This document shows, piece by piece, positions 13,219 to 25,182 of a stretch of DNA of 64,000 nt. The position numbers were made by a program, and so were the translations under genes. The notes below the pieces were generated by a model. The model saw nothing but the letters and a program-made list of their open reading frames with translations. It was not told the origin of the DNA and did no database searches. Positions within the stretch are counted from its first letter, which is position 1. Each line of letters begins with the position of its first letter. The stretch covers positions 124,001-188,000 of the forward strand of contig RDEW01000059.1 in the NCBI GenBank assembly GCA_011109175.1. The letters are read 5' to 3'. This DNA comes from Dicyema japonicum (lineage: Eukaryota > Animalia > Dicyemida).

Positions 13219-13286
13219 ATGATCCTTTTTAGTGCCGGCCTGGCACTGGGCGGCCACCTAGACAGGTGAATCACATGACGCCACTC
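13219..13286 (-). ncRNA. HDV-ribozyme-like pseudoknot motif (orphan 5' end of an Ingi/Vingi-like element)
   Basis: GTGGC-GTCAT-GTGATTC-ACC-TGTCTA-GGT-G-GCCGC..GTGCC/GGCAC-TAAAAA-GGATCAT; homologous to the motifs at 33784, 46174 and 58511. Confidence 0.5.
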
Positions 13287-13839
13287 TAATAAGAAGAGAG
13301 AGGAGGAACAGACGAACAGAAAAGAAACTTTACCCAATTAGCCACGAACCACCACATGGCGCCACGAGGCTTGTTAAAATGATGTATGGTTAACAAAAAG
13401 TATCTGGAATCTCAAAAAATATAAGATTATCAGTTTAAAATATTTGTAATTTATTTTTCAAAAATATATTTATTTTTTTAATTATCTATTTGGAGCTGAT
13501 TAATGTCACCCGAGATGATGGCATACATCTTCTCAGAAAAAAAATAATTTTTTGTTATTGAATTTTTCAACTTATTTTTTGGAGAAATAAATTTTTTTTC
13601 AACAGCTCATCAATTTTTGTTTAACAATCGGGAAAATTTTATTGGGGATACATTGTGTTTAAATAGTAATTGTACCAAATGTGGCGAGATACCAGTAGAA
13701 TTGTAAACGTAGTTATAGAAATCTCACATAATGGTCTTGATCAACAGCAAAGGGAGAGTATTTTTAAGTAGCGATGATAAAATAAACATTGTGTCATAAC
13801 AATTCAAGAGACTATTAAACGTACAAAGACTGAGGACCA

Positions 13840-14840
13840 ATATGTGATCAAGTATCCCTATATCGGTCTAAAAACCAGATAACAGTGAAGCATCTTCATC
13901 TACGACGACAAAACTCAGGCTTCGACGGGATATCTGTAAAAGTAGTTCCGGATAAACCATGCTTCCACAAGATTGAAGACCAATCGAACTGACAGTTAGA
14001 CAAGATAAAGCATGTCTTCTTGGCTTAAATTCCGAAACAGGAGCTTGGAAGGTTTAAACAGCCTTAGGTCAAAAATTCTACTTAAGACATTACGGACAAA
14101 TCCCTCCCTCATTGTTTTGAACAGAATTAATGACAATGTTATTATATCTTATCTTCAAACCAGAGTGGATTTCGTAGTGAAAGATCGACCGCAGATGTGG
14201 TATTGGTTCATTCCCTCGTGTCAGACTGATAAACTTCTATTTAGTGGAAATAGATCTTTCGCAGGGTTTCTTTACATAAATAAAACGATACCCTTCGGTA
14301 ATGCTGTTCTGCCGGTTGTCCTCAACGATGACAGACAAAATTAAATTGCTAACTCCAGAGCATCAGGTAACTTTTCGTTCAGAAGAAATTCACGAAAATG
14401 TCTCTAAAGTGGTTTTGAACTAAAGTCTCACTGTATTTTGACTAACCCTTCCTTTGATTAAGCTCACATTTCGAGGATAGACACGCACCAATGGGTTTGC
14501 CTTAACTTATCATCAGCCAAAACTGCAATCTTTCCTCAAACGTCACTGCTTTATACTCAAACACCATACATAGCCTCCTATCACGAAGACTACATCACGC
14601 AGCTTAGCTCAGACCTCGCATGTGCAGATATATATTCGTCGACCCCACATTGGTATGATTATGCCTCAGAACTCGAGGATCATCTCAGTGCCTCTGTCAT
14701 TTCCAAAATACCAAGCTACATGGACACTCTGTGTTAATGCACTCTCAGTAAATCACCACATACTGGATCGTTTGTATCAGACTAGGCATAGTTCACTTTT
14801 TTAGAGACTGGTAAGTGGTTTGACCCATGGAATTCCAATA
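13840..14840 (+). mobile_element. Highly decayed RTE-like RT remnant
   Basis: QSGFRSERSTADVV and IDLS motifs in shifting frames. Confidence 0.55.
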
Positions 14841-15032
14841 ATCATAATTTGTAGACATCAAATATATAAGTCACAGAACAAGCCCTAATAGCAAATGCAT
14901 ACCAGTAATTAGTATTTTCGACTAAATTGTAACAAATGTGGACTGCAGAGATCAATCAATTAAATTATCTTAATAAATTCACCGATCGATTAATGTTAAA
15001 AAGAAACCAATTTATGAAGGAAAGGAGAATAA

Positions 15033-15499
15033 TTAATAATTAAGACTGACAGGCATTGAGTTTCTCTTAGGAAAGTTCACTAATCATGAGAATCATATAT
15101 ACAGTTTCTCATTGGCAATGTCAAAGTTTTGTATGTCATCCTTTCGCTACTGAGTTTATCGGGGTTTAGAATCCGCGAGGGGGCTTAATGTTAGAATATA
15201 AGATTACAGGAATACATTGGATTTGGGTATCTCAGTTCTCGTTGGGGTTCCCGATTTGCTAGGGGGAGTCGAGAGGCTGAGTGAGGATCGAGATTGGGTA
15301 GACTTGATTCATGCAGGTCGACATCCCTGCTGTGAGAACGGTGGATTTTGGCAGTAAGAAAATAAGATTCATTTGAAAGCAGTTTCGGAATTTCTGATTT
15401 TGGCTTTGCCGATGAAAAACGTGAAGACCAGATTGGGTCGTCTTCGTCATCACAGAAATGAACATGTTTATTAAAGGAATGTAATCTAGACTCACTCAT
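15033..15499 (-). CDS. Intact 3-exon hypothetical protein (~136 aa, S/P/R-rich)
   Basis: ATG after an AT-rich stretch; introns at 15184-15215 (32 nt) and 15080-15102 (23 nt) join into one frame ending ..NSMPVSLNY*. Confidence 0.7.
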
Positions 15500-15869
15500 A
15501 TATTTATTTGTTTATTTAAACTTTTAAAATTAAATAATTAATTATTAAAAATCAACATTAATATTTAACAAGAATTAATAATAGTCCGTAAGGATAGTGG
15601 AGGTCTACTACTCACTATTCGCGTTTAGCTGTGGCTTCGATTCCTACAGCATTACTTAGTGAGTCGAAGGATTTCTTTTTTACTCTTATCTTCTTCAATT
15701 CTTAAGAAGTCATGGGATCCACCTGAGTTATGAGTCGGATCCTACAATGGCTAATATGGATGGACGTTAAAGCTAAGAAAACACATATGACCACAATCAC
15801 ATGATTCCTCATTTTCACATACAAGAAGGTAAGTAAGCCATAGCTTAGGAGTATCAATGGTCCACTCTA

Positions 15870-16420
15870 TTTTATAATTGCTGTGAGGATGAAAATATTT
15901 ATGTTGCTGGATCCGCATAGTGGTTGTTCAGTGGAACAATAGTCCGCTTTGTATTATCTTTTTCAAGACAGGAACCTGTTATGCATTTAAAGATTCGCTA
16001 TGTAATCATTGTTAGAGGTCCAAAAAGTCAGTGATATGGCTACACGTCACAACGGGATGCTCAACAGCGACTACATCAGAAGGCGCACCGAAGTGGTTAG
16101 GTGCTTTCATTTGCACTTATACATCAAAAAGTCAAAGAAATTGAAGACAGATTTTGATATTTTTGTCCATGATAAGGTGAAAAATGAAATCGTACTCATC
16201 GAGATTGGAATTACTTATCAAGTATTATTAAAGTACACTGAAGTAGAGAAACCGCATGAATGTGAGTTATTGGCTTTATGGTGCTCCAGTCAAACTCATC
16301 CCTATCGTTTTAAGTGACGTGACGTTTCGAAGTCTTTAAATCTCACTTGGAAGATATCGTAATTGAAGCACCGACTAGAACGTATATTAATTCCGTCGTC
16401 TTCGAAATGTTGGAGAACAT
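15870..16420 (+). mobile_element. R4/Dong-like RLE retrotransposon, C-terminal remnant
   Basis: LFQDRNL, ATR..DYIRRRTEVVRC.HL, DIFVHDK..IVLIEIGIT..TEVEK (degenerate PD-(D/E)xK RLE). Confidence 0.8.
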
Positions 16421-16768
16421 GAAATCAAAAATTGATAACTTAACACTTCGAGGTGTTAAGAGTTAGGCATAACTTATATTTAAATAAATTTTTAAATAAT
16501 TCAGTATTTACGTTTATTTAATCTATTTCGTCGCGAACGCGGAGCGACCACGAGCGCACACCAGAATTTTAAACTAAAAAAATTATGGCGACCATTTTTA
16601 TAGGCTCTAAGAAAAACAACTAAGATAAAGATATCGTTGACTACAAAAAATATTCAATAATAAAAGTTAATATATTTTAAGGCGATCTTTAAATTAGTAA
16701 ATTTAATTATTATAATAATAATAATAAATAAATGCCGTATTTGCCTGTGTATAAGTCGACTGTTTTGG

Positions 16769-17300
16769 TTGAGGTGGTTACGTGCCTCATTTGCACCTAT
16801 GTCTGCAAAGGATTTAGAACAATTAAAAGACCTAACTATCCTAACCTTCAATATCAGAGCTCTGAATAACGTGGCTAAGAGGCAGCTTTTATGTTCGGAT
16901 GTCGAGAAATACCGTGGTTCTGTATGCTGCCTGCAGGAGACTAAAATAAAAAATGGGCTCGATGAAACACATGCAAATTACAAGTTACTATTGCTTCCCA
17001 CGAAATCGAGGCATTATGGACAGGGCTTTGCCATACACAAGGATTATATTCCCAGAGTATATCGTTACTGGAAAGTCAATGACAGAATTAGTTTCTTACA
17101 ACTTCGTACAAGGTCAAGCAGAAATTCGAGGAGACTAATCTCAATTATCAACGTTTATGCACACAGTGGAAGTATCCTAAAAAATCCAGAAGAACTTGAC
17201 CTGTTCTACGAGGAATTAGAAAGGACATTAACAGACCTCTGTTCATCATACTTATTGTTTATTGCCGGGGACTGGAGTGCGAAATTGGGAACCCGTAAAA
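16769..17300 (+). mobile_element. RTE-clade LINE 5' fragment (APE domain)
   Basis: LTFNIRAL, CLQETK, HYGQGFAI, INVYA, AGDWSAK. Confidence 0.88.
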
Positions 17301-17352
17301 GAAATAAAAATTATTTTAAATTTTCGTTAAATAAAGGCCAGTGGTCGGCAAA

Positions 17353-17681
17353 GGCTGGGTGGCATAGTGGTTAGGTGTCGGGCTAAAGTGGCTTAGGTTA
17401 CACGGGTTCAATTCTCGCTGCTGATCACCTGGTGGAAGGTTCCACGCATCTACGATGCAGAAAAGGTTTGACGAGTGACGCCGTCATCAGTGGATACTCA
17501 CTGCGAACTGGATTGTCTAGAAAGGACACTCACACAAGAAAAAGAAAAAAAGAAGTGAAGATCATTCCTTGGTTATACGATTAGTTAAAATTAACTGTTC
17601 TTTACTTAAATAAAGTGTGTGTCCTGCCTATGCGAAGCTATAAATATTATGGCTCTCGTGAAAAAGCCGTTATTATTATTA
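17353..17681 (+). mobile_element. tRNA-derived SINE with RTE-type 3' stem-loop
   Basis: Pol III A box TGGCATAGTGG (17360) and B box GGTTCAATTCT (17405); body repeated at 25183-25470; 3' end atgcgaagctataaatattatggctctcgtgaa matches RTE 3' UTRs; (TTA)n tail. Confidence 0.85.
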
Positions 17682-17689
17682 AATAAAAA

Positions 17690-17950
17690 ATCCACTGTAT
17701 ATAAATTTGAAAAAATACGATATGTGCGCTTCGCGCTTGGGATACATTTGGACTATCAGACTTTCCAAACAATCTAGTGCATCTTTCAAATGGCTGCCCA
17801 TGGTGCAATCATCCAGATACCATACTCTCAGAAGAGTAAAACAATATCCTGTGATATGGGCAATTCCCAAGCTGAACAAGGCAGGACCCAATGGGTCTCC
17901 TTGTTGGACTTCAACCACAGCAAAGATACTTTGAAACCAAATATGCAATT
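17690..17950 (-). mobile_element. CRE-like RT fragment
   Basis: VQQGDPLGPALFSLGI..WYLDD. Confidence 0.85.
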
Positions 17951-18099
17951 ATCTGTAACCAAAAATGTTTTCCAAATTTTTGTAAATTGAAAAATTTTTG
18001 TTTTTTAAGAAACACAGCATCTCGTTTCGTAATTCGAACAAACGTTGCAATCCCATTCCACATGACAACCATATTACTTCTGTATGGATGATGATATAT

Positions 18100-18950
18100 T
18101 GGACTGATACACCAAAGGTTAGGCCAGTAATGCGTATTAAAGACACTTCTTCGGACCTTCAGATGGGGTTCCGTGAGGGGCGATTTTGCATTTCGATGTT
18201 GACCTCTCAGATTCGTAACTAGAAAAAGCTGAAACAGTGCACGATAGCGCTATTTCTGAAAGTGGAGATGGAGTTAGACTCGGTCTGGCACGATGGCCTC
18301 TGCTGAGTTCTAAATGATGCAGGAATACACGTGGAGCTGAAAATTTGATCTCCGGCTTCCTAGAAGACAAGACTAACAATTTGAAGCAAAAAGAAAGCCG
18401 ATCTAGCTTGGTTAGATCTAACATGGGAGTACACAAAGGTCGGTGTTAAGTCCCACCTTGTTTAACATCACCCATCCAATGTGAAAACAGAAATGGTTGT
18501 CTATGTTGATTACATAGTACTTTGGGATCACTTGTGGAGACTAAATATGCGTATCGGATGATGCAAGTCGCTGTCTCGAAATCATACGCTGGTGCGACAG
18601 CAAAAGTCTCAGGATTAGTCCGGAAGTCTCGTAAAAAGTGCAGTTTGTTAGTTTTTGGCTGCCTAAGTCGTCTAATAATCTAATTCACACGGAGGATTAG
18701 CTACCTTGGTGTGACATTCAACTCAAACTGTAGCAAGCCTGCTTCGTTAAGAGGCGGGCTGTGTATAGATTGGAGGCTCTCAGAACTTTTCAGCTGAGTA
18801 TTGATGCCTGGGCCAAAGTGTTCAACGTCATGGTGTTGCCTATGCTCACCTACAGTGGGCGTATCATAGTAAAGAACGTGAAAAGTATTTGGAGTTAATA
18901 GAGAAGGTTGGGAGACGCGCAATACGGTATTCTTTGGAAATGTTTTATAG
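18100..18950 (+). mobile_element. Decayed APE-type LINE RT remnant
   Basis: GFREGR, QRSVLSPTLFNI and YLGVTFN motifs in broken frames. Confidence 0.6.
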
Positions 18951-20197
18951 GCCAGCGGTCGGCAAATACTTTTGGAAATAGAACCACTTTTTGACATTTT
19001 TAGAAATTACGAAAAATTTAAAAGCCATTTTTTATTTGCTTACCACTTATCCTAGTCAAAAGTCAAATAATTATTATGGAAATCATTTAAAAATTAAAAT
19101 TAATTGAAGGGCATTCTATTCAATTCAAACATTTGATTGTTTAAAAGAAATTTCCTCCTCGATCTAAATGTTGACATTTTTTTCTCCTTGACTTTAATCT
19201 TATCTTGGATAAGAGACGTAATTTTGGCTTTTTTCTCCAGATTGCTTCTTCCTGTATCCAACTAGCGACATGACACATTATCGACTTCTCGTCAGTAGAA
19301 AAAGTCCTCGTAAAAAAATTTTCAATAAAAACAAAGTGTGATTTCCACTGTTGAATTTTCTTAGTCATATCCTTCTTCCATTTTGAGGACTCAAATTTCT
19401 TAGTAGTAAGAGTTTGGTAGGGAGTATGCCCAGCACAAATAATAGCGGAAATTTGATCAATTGATGTTGGGTGATTGACTTTAATTCAAGTATTAATAAC
19501 ACAATTCAGACATTCGAAAATATCCACATCAAATTTTACATAAGGAATTTTTTCATACTGGGTCTTGAAGAATGGTCAATTGACTGATTTGTCCGTAACT
19601 CCTCAATAAAAGTACGCTCACAACGGGCATACAGCTTGGTTTCAATAGATGTCGAAGACATATCAGGTATATAATCTGAGGTCCCATTCGAATCATGTTC
19701 ATTACTTGGTAATTGTTGGGTGTTTTGGGCGTATATCAGTTTTCCGAACTCAGGAATTGTTATTTTTTCTCCAAACTTAGACTTGAACCTTTCCAAGAGA
19801 GTTAATTATGAATAAAGTTTTTTGTTAATTAAAATATCATTAAAATGCCACTTAATTCATTTGAGTGGCATTTTTGCTACTTTATGATTTTAAAAGATTT
19901 ACGATTTCAACTAAAAATTACACAATTAAACTCAGATAACTCTGAATTATCCTGGGTACTAATTCTTATTTTATTTATTTTTTTAATTTTTATTTTGAGG
20001 GTTACCAATACTTACAGATTCGGTGAACCACATAACGCCACGCTAAAATTTTAATGAAATTTTGATGATTCGAACATCCCATCAGAATTATTGATTGAAT
20101 GTAAGCATGTTTTTATTTTATTTGGAAAATTGTTGACCAAAACTATTTTTGACGATAAAATTTATTTTAAATGTTATGCTAAATCTTTTAATTTATA

Positions 20198-20674
20198 TTT
20201 TGGTAAGACCCACTTTGCTTTTTGGTAAGACCCACTTTGCTTTTGGTAAGACCACTTTGCTTTTGGTAAGACCCACTTTGCTTTTGGTAAGTACCACTTT
20301 GCTTTTGGTAAGACCACTTTGCTTTTGGTAAGACCCACTTTGCTTTTAATAAGACCCACTTTGCTTTTGGTAAGACCCACTTTGCTTTTGGTAAGTTACC
20401 ACTTTGCTTTTGGTAAGACCCACTTGCTTTTAATAAGACCCACTTTGCTTTTGGTAAGTACCACTTTGCTTTTAATAAGACCCACTTTTCTTTTGGTAAG
20501 TACCACTTTGCTTTTGTAAGTACCCACTTTGCTTTTAATAAGACCACTTTGCTTTTGGTAAGTACCACTTTGCTTTTGGTAAGTACCACTTTGCTTTTGG
20601 TAAGACCCACTTTGCTTTTGGTAAGACCCACTTGCTTTTGGTAAGTACCACTTTCTTTTTGGTAAGACCCACTT
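20198..20674. repeat. 21-nt minisatellite, ~23 copies
   Basis: Unit TTTTGGTAAG(A/TA)CC(C)ACTTTGC in an uninterrupted tandem array. Confidence 0.97.
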
Positions 20675-21689
20675 TAAACCTGAAATGGTATAGTATCTGG
20701 CTTACGCAGAGGGTCGGAATGACTATTCTCAAAAACTAAGAATGTACTAACACTTTCTCGTTTTCATTTGCCCGTCAAAATTTAGTACCGCTTCTAATTC
20801 CCTTTTTTCATTTTTTTATAAAAAATTCACATTGAAAAAATTTTCAAATAGTCTTTATTTTGTTGTATCGTGGACAACATGGTTATAATCGCTAGCAATG
20901 TCTTTCATCAAATTAATATAGCATCCGAAATTGCCTTCTCGATGCACTCGCCGATGAGATCCATCTTTTTATTGATTAAATCTATTGATATTAAACAAAA
21001 AACCCTTTCGAATTGTCCTTGTATCCAAAGAGCTCTGGTCTTCTTGAAACGTGGAAAATATTGTATTTTTCGCAAAGTTGTTCCATATGGGGAATTTTTG
21101 AATTCCTTTCCAATTATCTGTATGGAGATCCAATTATGCAAAAATTCAATCCAGGATTCGGTGAATTTCATTTGCAGATTTTCTGAACACACTTTCTACC
21201 ACATCAAATTTGCAACACAATCTTCCTCAATCTTTTCCCTAGTCTCTTCCAAAATCAAATCTTTATTAAAGACACATTCGTATTCCTTACCGACTTTTTC
21301 CGTTACGACTTAAAGAAACAACAACTGGCAAGAGATCTAACACAATACTACTTCTCTGTCTGCTGTCTACAAGAAACAAAAACGACCGTATAATGTACTG
21401 AACTGTTTTAGAAAATTCCACCTTTTCACCCTTTCATCCGACCTGTCGACATTATGGTCTCGGATTTGCACATGTGTTACAAGAGTGGTGGGTAGCATCT
21501 AATATTATATTGGAAAATGGCGGACGACCTGGACTACCTAAGAGAACTAGCGTGCAACAGAGGATCATGATCGAGGCTGACGGAGAGGATGATTACAAAT
21601 ACGACACGAGGGAAACTTAACTAATTTATGTTTTCTCGGTAGTGCATTTAATAATAATAATTAAAGACACTTACAGATATTTCCATAGA

Positions 21690-22758
21690 ACTCATTCCCT
21701 TATTAAAGATTCTGAGGTTTCATTTTGAGCATCAACCCCAAAACTTTGACCTGAGATTCACTGACTTGACAGAGAACAAATCAGTTTGAATCTTCAAGTG
21801 AGGTACCACAGTTATTTGACTTTTTGGTCTAACTGCTTTATAAGAATACACGAATCCTTGACTTTGACTAACGATCTTGAATCTCTTGATTTATAATTGC
21901 TCGCAAATTCAGCCACATAATCAAACGCATCCTCCACGGCAGCCTCGCGTTCAATGTCCTCCAACCTTTTGTTTACATTTCTCTGTGTTTATAAAGCTTC
22001 CCCAACTGGAATTTGGAATAATCCTCCCCATTCTACAATAGAGGACATAATTTTACTTTGTATTGAGAAATAATACCACGTGGTCAGCACTGCTGAGCTC
22101 CACGTTTTTAAAATAATTCAACGAATCAATCTGAGCCTGTCTTGGAAGAGACATAAATTCGGGGGAATCGATATCTTCAGAAAAAATTTGGACAAAACAC
22201 TCTTCAATGAAAAGTTTAATTACCATCATAGTCTTCTCTCGTTCTCTTTTTTCTGATGACTTAAAAGATCTCTTGTTTGAGTAAACGTCATACTTTTGTG
22301 TTTCCGATAAAGTTCGAGAATGAGTTGATCTGGTTGTCTGGGCAATCTTTCTGAAGGAATATTTAAAATATGAGCGTTCAGATTGTTGAGAGTTAACTTC
22401 CGTTCTAATTATTGGGATTTTAGACTGAACTTCCTCCTTTCAAGTCGTCTTTGATTCAAAATAAATACTAGGATAAACCATAATTTTCAGTTTAATAGGA
22501 AATGACTTTCCATCAAAGACGAAAATGGGTAATATATCATAGAATAGTAATCTGCGTAATTGATAGAACGTGATTTTAAGATATTTAATACGTTCAAGTC
22601 TTCTTTTTGAGGCTTGGTGGATAAGCAGGCTTAAATCTAAAAAAATATTTTTTGGGAATGCTTTCTTACCAATTGAAATAACTTGTCCTCTAGGTATTTT
22701 GAGGTCTATCTCTTCAGCACATGAATTTAGTATGATCCAGATGCCTGTAATAACCTAT
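21690..22758 (-). pseudogene. ERCC5: XPG/RAD2 (ERCC5-like) N-terminal half, unprocessed pseudogene
   Basis: ITGIWIIL..ISIDLSLLIHQ..RLLFYDILPIFVFDG..K (XPG-N), DIDSPEFMSLP, DYSKFQL. Introns at 22637-22669 and 22033-22056; in-frame TAA at 22409-22411; one lost acceptor; no ATG; no XPG-I domain. Confidence 0.8.
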
Positions 22759-23523
22759 CACAAAGAGGTAAGAATTTAAAATTTAAATGTTATTTTCTAC
22801 ATTATAATTTGTGTATCAACATATAATTCTAAATTTTTTACAATAGGAATTGGCCCTGTGTTCGATTCCTTGGTCTGTCGTAGAATCAATAAATCAAGTT
22901 TCTATCTTACGCGGACGACCTGATTATCGCTGCAAATCTCCTTCCAAGGCTGTGGCGGTGGTTCAGTCATACCACAATTGGCAATCCATGAATATGCTAT
23001 TCGTGCTTGCATCCAAGTCTCACTTCACCCTATTTACTTCGAACAGAAAAATTTAAAGGTGGACTCTATAAATTCTCCACAAACATTCAAATTTCCTATG
23101 CGTGAATTCAGAAGATCCTTAAAGTAACATTCGACTCAATTATGACGTTCTCTAGTCACACGGAGATAGTGTTAACCTAAGGGTCTTCGAAAATGGAACG
23201 TCTTGAAAGCTAACATAAAGAAGAGCCCACTCTCACCTACTGCTTGTATCAGAAAATTATACTTTAAGTCATTGTGCGGACAATCGAATATGCCTGGTCT
23301 GCTTGGAAATTCGCTATTCCTCCTTTGAGGGTAGAGCGTATGAACTTTCTCAGACGGAAGATCATGTGGCATATGCAATCAGACACCATATCCAAGGTTG
23401 AATAATTCCTTATTTTTAAGCTTTCTTATATAACCTCGACATCTATGTATTTGCGACCCTTTCCATTGTAAAAGTTACCAACTCACTGATGTTGATCCTG
23501 GTATATTTAGCGGCAGTACTTGA

Positions 23524-23698
23524 TTAGTTACGCCAACAGACCACACTAACTGGTGGGACTCCTCCTTTTAGTTGCACCAACAGATTTAATTTAATAATTG
23601 GCAGTCTTCTTTTAGTCACGGCACCAGACCAGACCTAATTGATGACAGTCTTCTTTTAGTTGCGGCATCAGACCAAACTTAATTGATGGTAGTCTCTT
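23524..23698. repeat. ~44-nt tandem repeat, 4 diverged copies
   Basis: Unit approximately TTAGTTGCGGCA-CAGACCA-ACTTAATTGATGGCAGTCTTCTT. Confidence 0.85.
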
Positions 23699-24074
23699 AA
23701 CTAATAAAATTAGAACATGCTATTTGCTGACAAAAGCTACTCGTTAACGATGGGCAAAAACACATTAATAAACATGGAATTGCCAAATGAGTAAAATTAA
23801 AGAATCCATGTCGTTCAATGGCTTTTAATCAGTTTTTTTTCAATAGCATAATTGTCACCCATCAAAATGTTTTCTTAAAAAATTGCTCATAGCCCAGTGA
23901 ATCTAATCATAATTCATTGAGGAACTTATAATCATCGCAATCGTGAAACACACACCACAACATATAAACTACACGTTTCTCAATCAAATTTAAAAATCGT
24001 CTATATAATTGAAAAAAAACTTAATTAGTTAAATTAGTAATTTTATTATAAATTTAATTAGTAGCTAAAAAAGT

Positions 24075-24250
24075 GAGACTAGGCTCCAGAATGCGGAAAT
24101 ACGGCCCTGTGAATTCAGTCACCCGGTTAGTACGATCATGCGCGGTCACGAGCGAGGAACACCGGGAAGATGAGGTCACTGTTGGAACGCATCGGGATCA
24201 CGGATAATTAGTTTGTTTTTACCGTGGTCTTGGGATGTTAAATAAATAAG
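24075..24250 (+). mobile_element. Ingi/Vingi-like LINE 3' end fragment
   Basis: ctgttgg..cgggatcac..taattagtt plus aaataaataa tail, matching the reverse complement of 41250-41346. Confidence 0.6.
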
Positions 24251-25182
24251 GTATCAATGTACTACATAACCGACCAGTAGCTTAGTGGTGTGATGATCCT
24301 GGGTTCTATTCTCCAACTGGCTACTAGAATTTATAGACGTTATTATGGAGAAAGCGAAAACTATTTTTGAGTAAATAATCTCTCAAAGTCAATAAAGATA
24401 AACTGAAATAACCACTATTGAAAGAACGCCAACCCGCGTTGAGAAGTGGAGGAACATCGAAAATCGGATCTTTACTTGGAGATTTAGAAGATATCACACT
24501 ACCAAAGATATTGGCCACAATAGAACTTAAAAAATACAATCCATTCTGATGAGAAAGAATCAAATTCCTACTAAGACGCGATTACGATTATATAATGGAT
24601 TTGTCCGACCAGTCCTCATGTACAACAAAGGTACTTGGGGAACATCAAAGAAAGACATGGAACAACTCGACTCGTTTCACATAGGCCGAATATGAGAACT
24701 CCTTGGATATTCTTGGCCAAAGAAAATCTCAAACAATAAATTAAACAGACTGACTGATTGTGACCAATAAGTCTGAACGTACTTGAAGCCCATTGGCGCT
24801 TTTTGGACATATTCTACGGATGGGTGAGGAAACACCATGCAATGCCGATCGTTAGACGCGTCAATCGATTGATTCTGTATCCGTTCGATCAGACAAATTT
24901 ATGGAGTTTTTCAACGAAAAGTATTTTCTGAATGTACATGAATGAATTTTATTATCACGGAATTACGTGAGGTTAAATATTAGGGAAGTTGAAATAACAT
25001 GGGTTCTGGAAGAAGGACCTGGAGTCTTTATTGGGGTTCTTCTTCAACCAGTCAATTCACATAAAACTGTATATATGAAGGCATGTGGAATCCTTCATAC
25101 AGAAATCCGTTATTATCCTCTTCATAGTCAGTCAACTCACTCAATGAAATAACTTCCAACGTATATTGGCTTAAAGAAACAC

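Noticed and set aside
16528-16566. GC-rich motif resembling a Helitron 3' hairpin
   Set aside because: Imperfect stem, no CTAG end, and no 5' terminus found
17468-17520. Hammerhead-like string in the SINE (TTGACGAG..CGAAC..GTC; CTGATGA on the minus strand)
   Set aside because: GAAA is incomplete in both copies, no stem I can form, and the minus-strand core is not conserved in copy 2
18950-19800. hAT transposon (TIR-like CAGCGGTCGGCAAA, possible zinc-finger remnant)
   Set aside because: No second TIR or catalytic motifs identified; too weak to list as a feature
20198-20674. CRISPR-like array or repetitive protein ORFs
   Set aside because: No unique spacers, eukaryotic context, no cas genes; unit-length variants break the frames
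22409-22411. Stop-codon reassignment (TAA read as sense)
   Set aside because: CPVL and other genes have no in-frame TAA/TAG and end in TAA; XPG has other inactivating lesions
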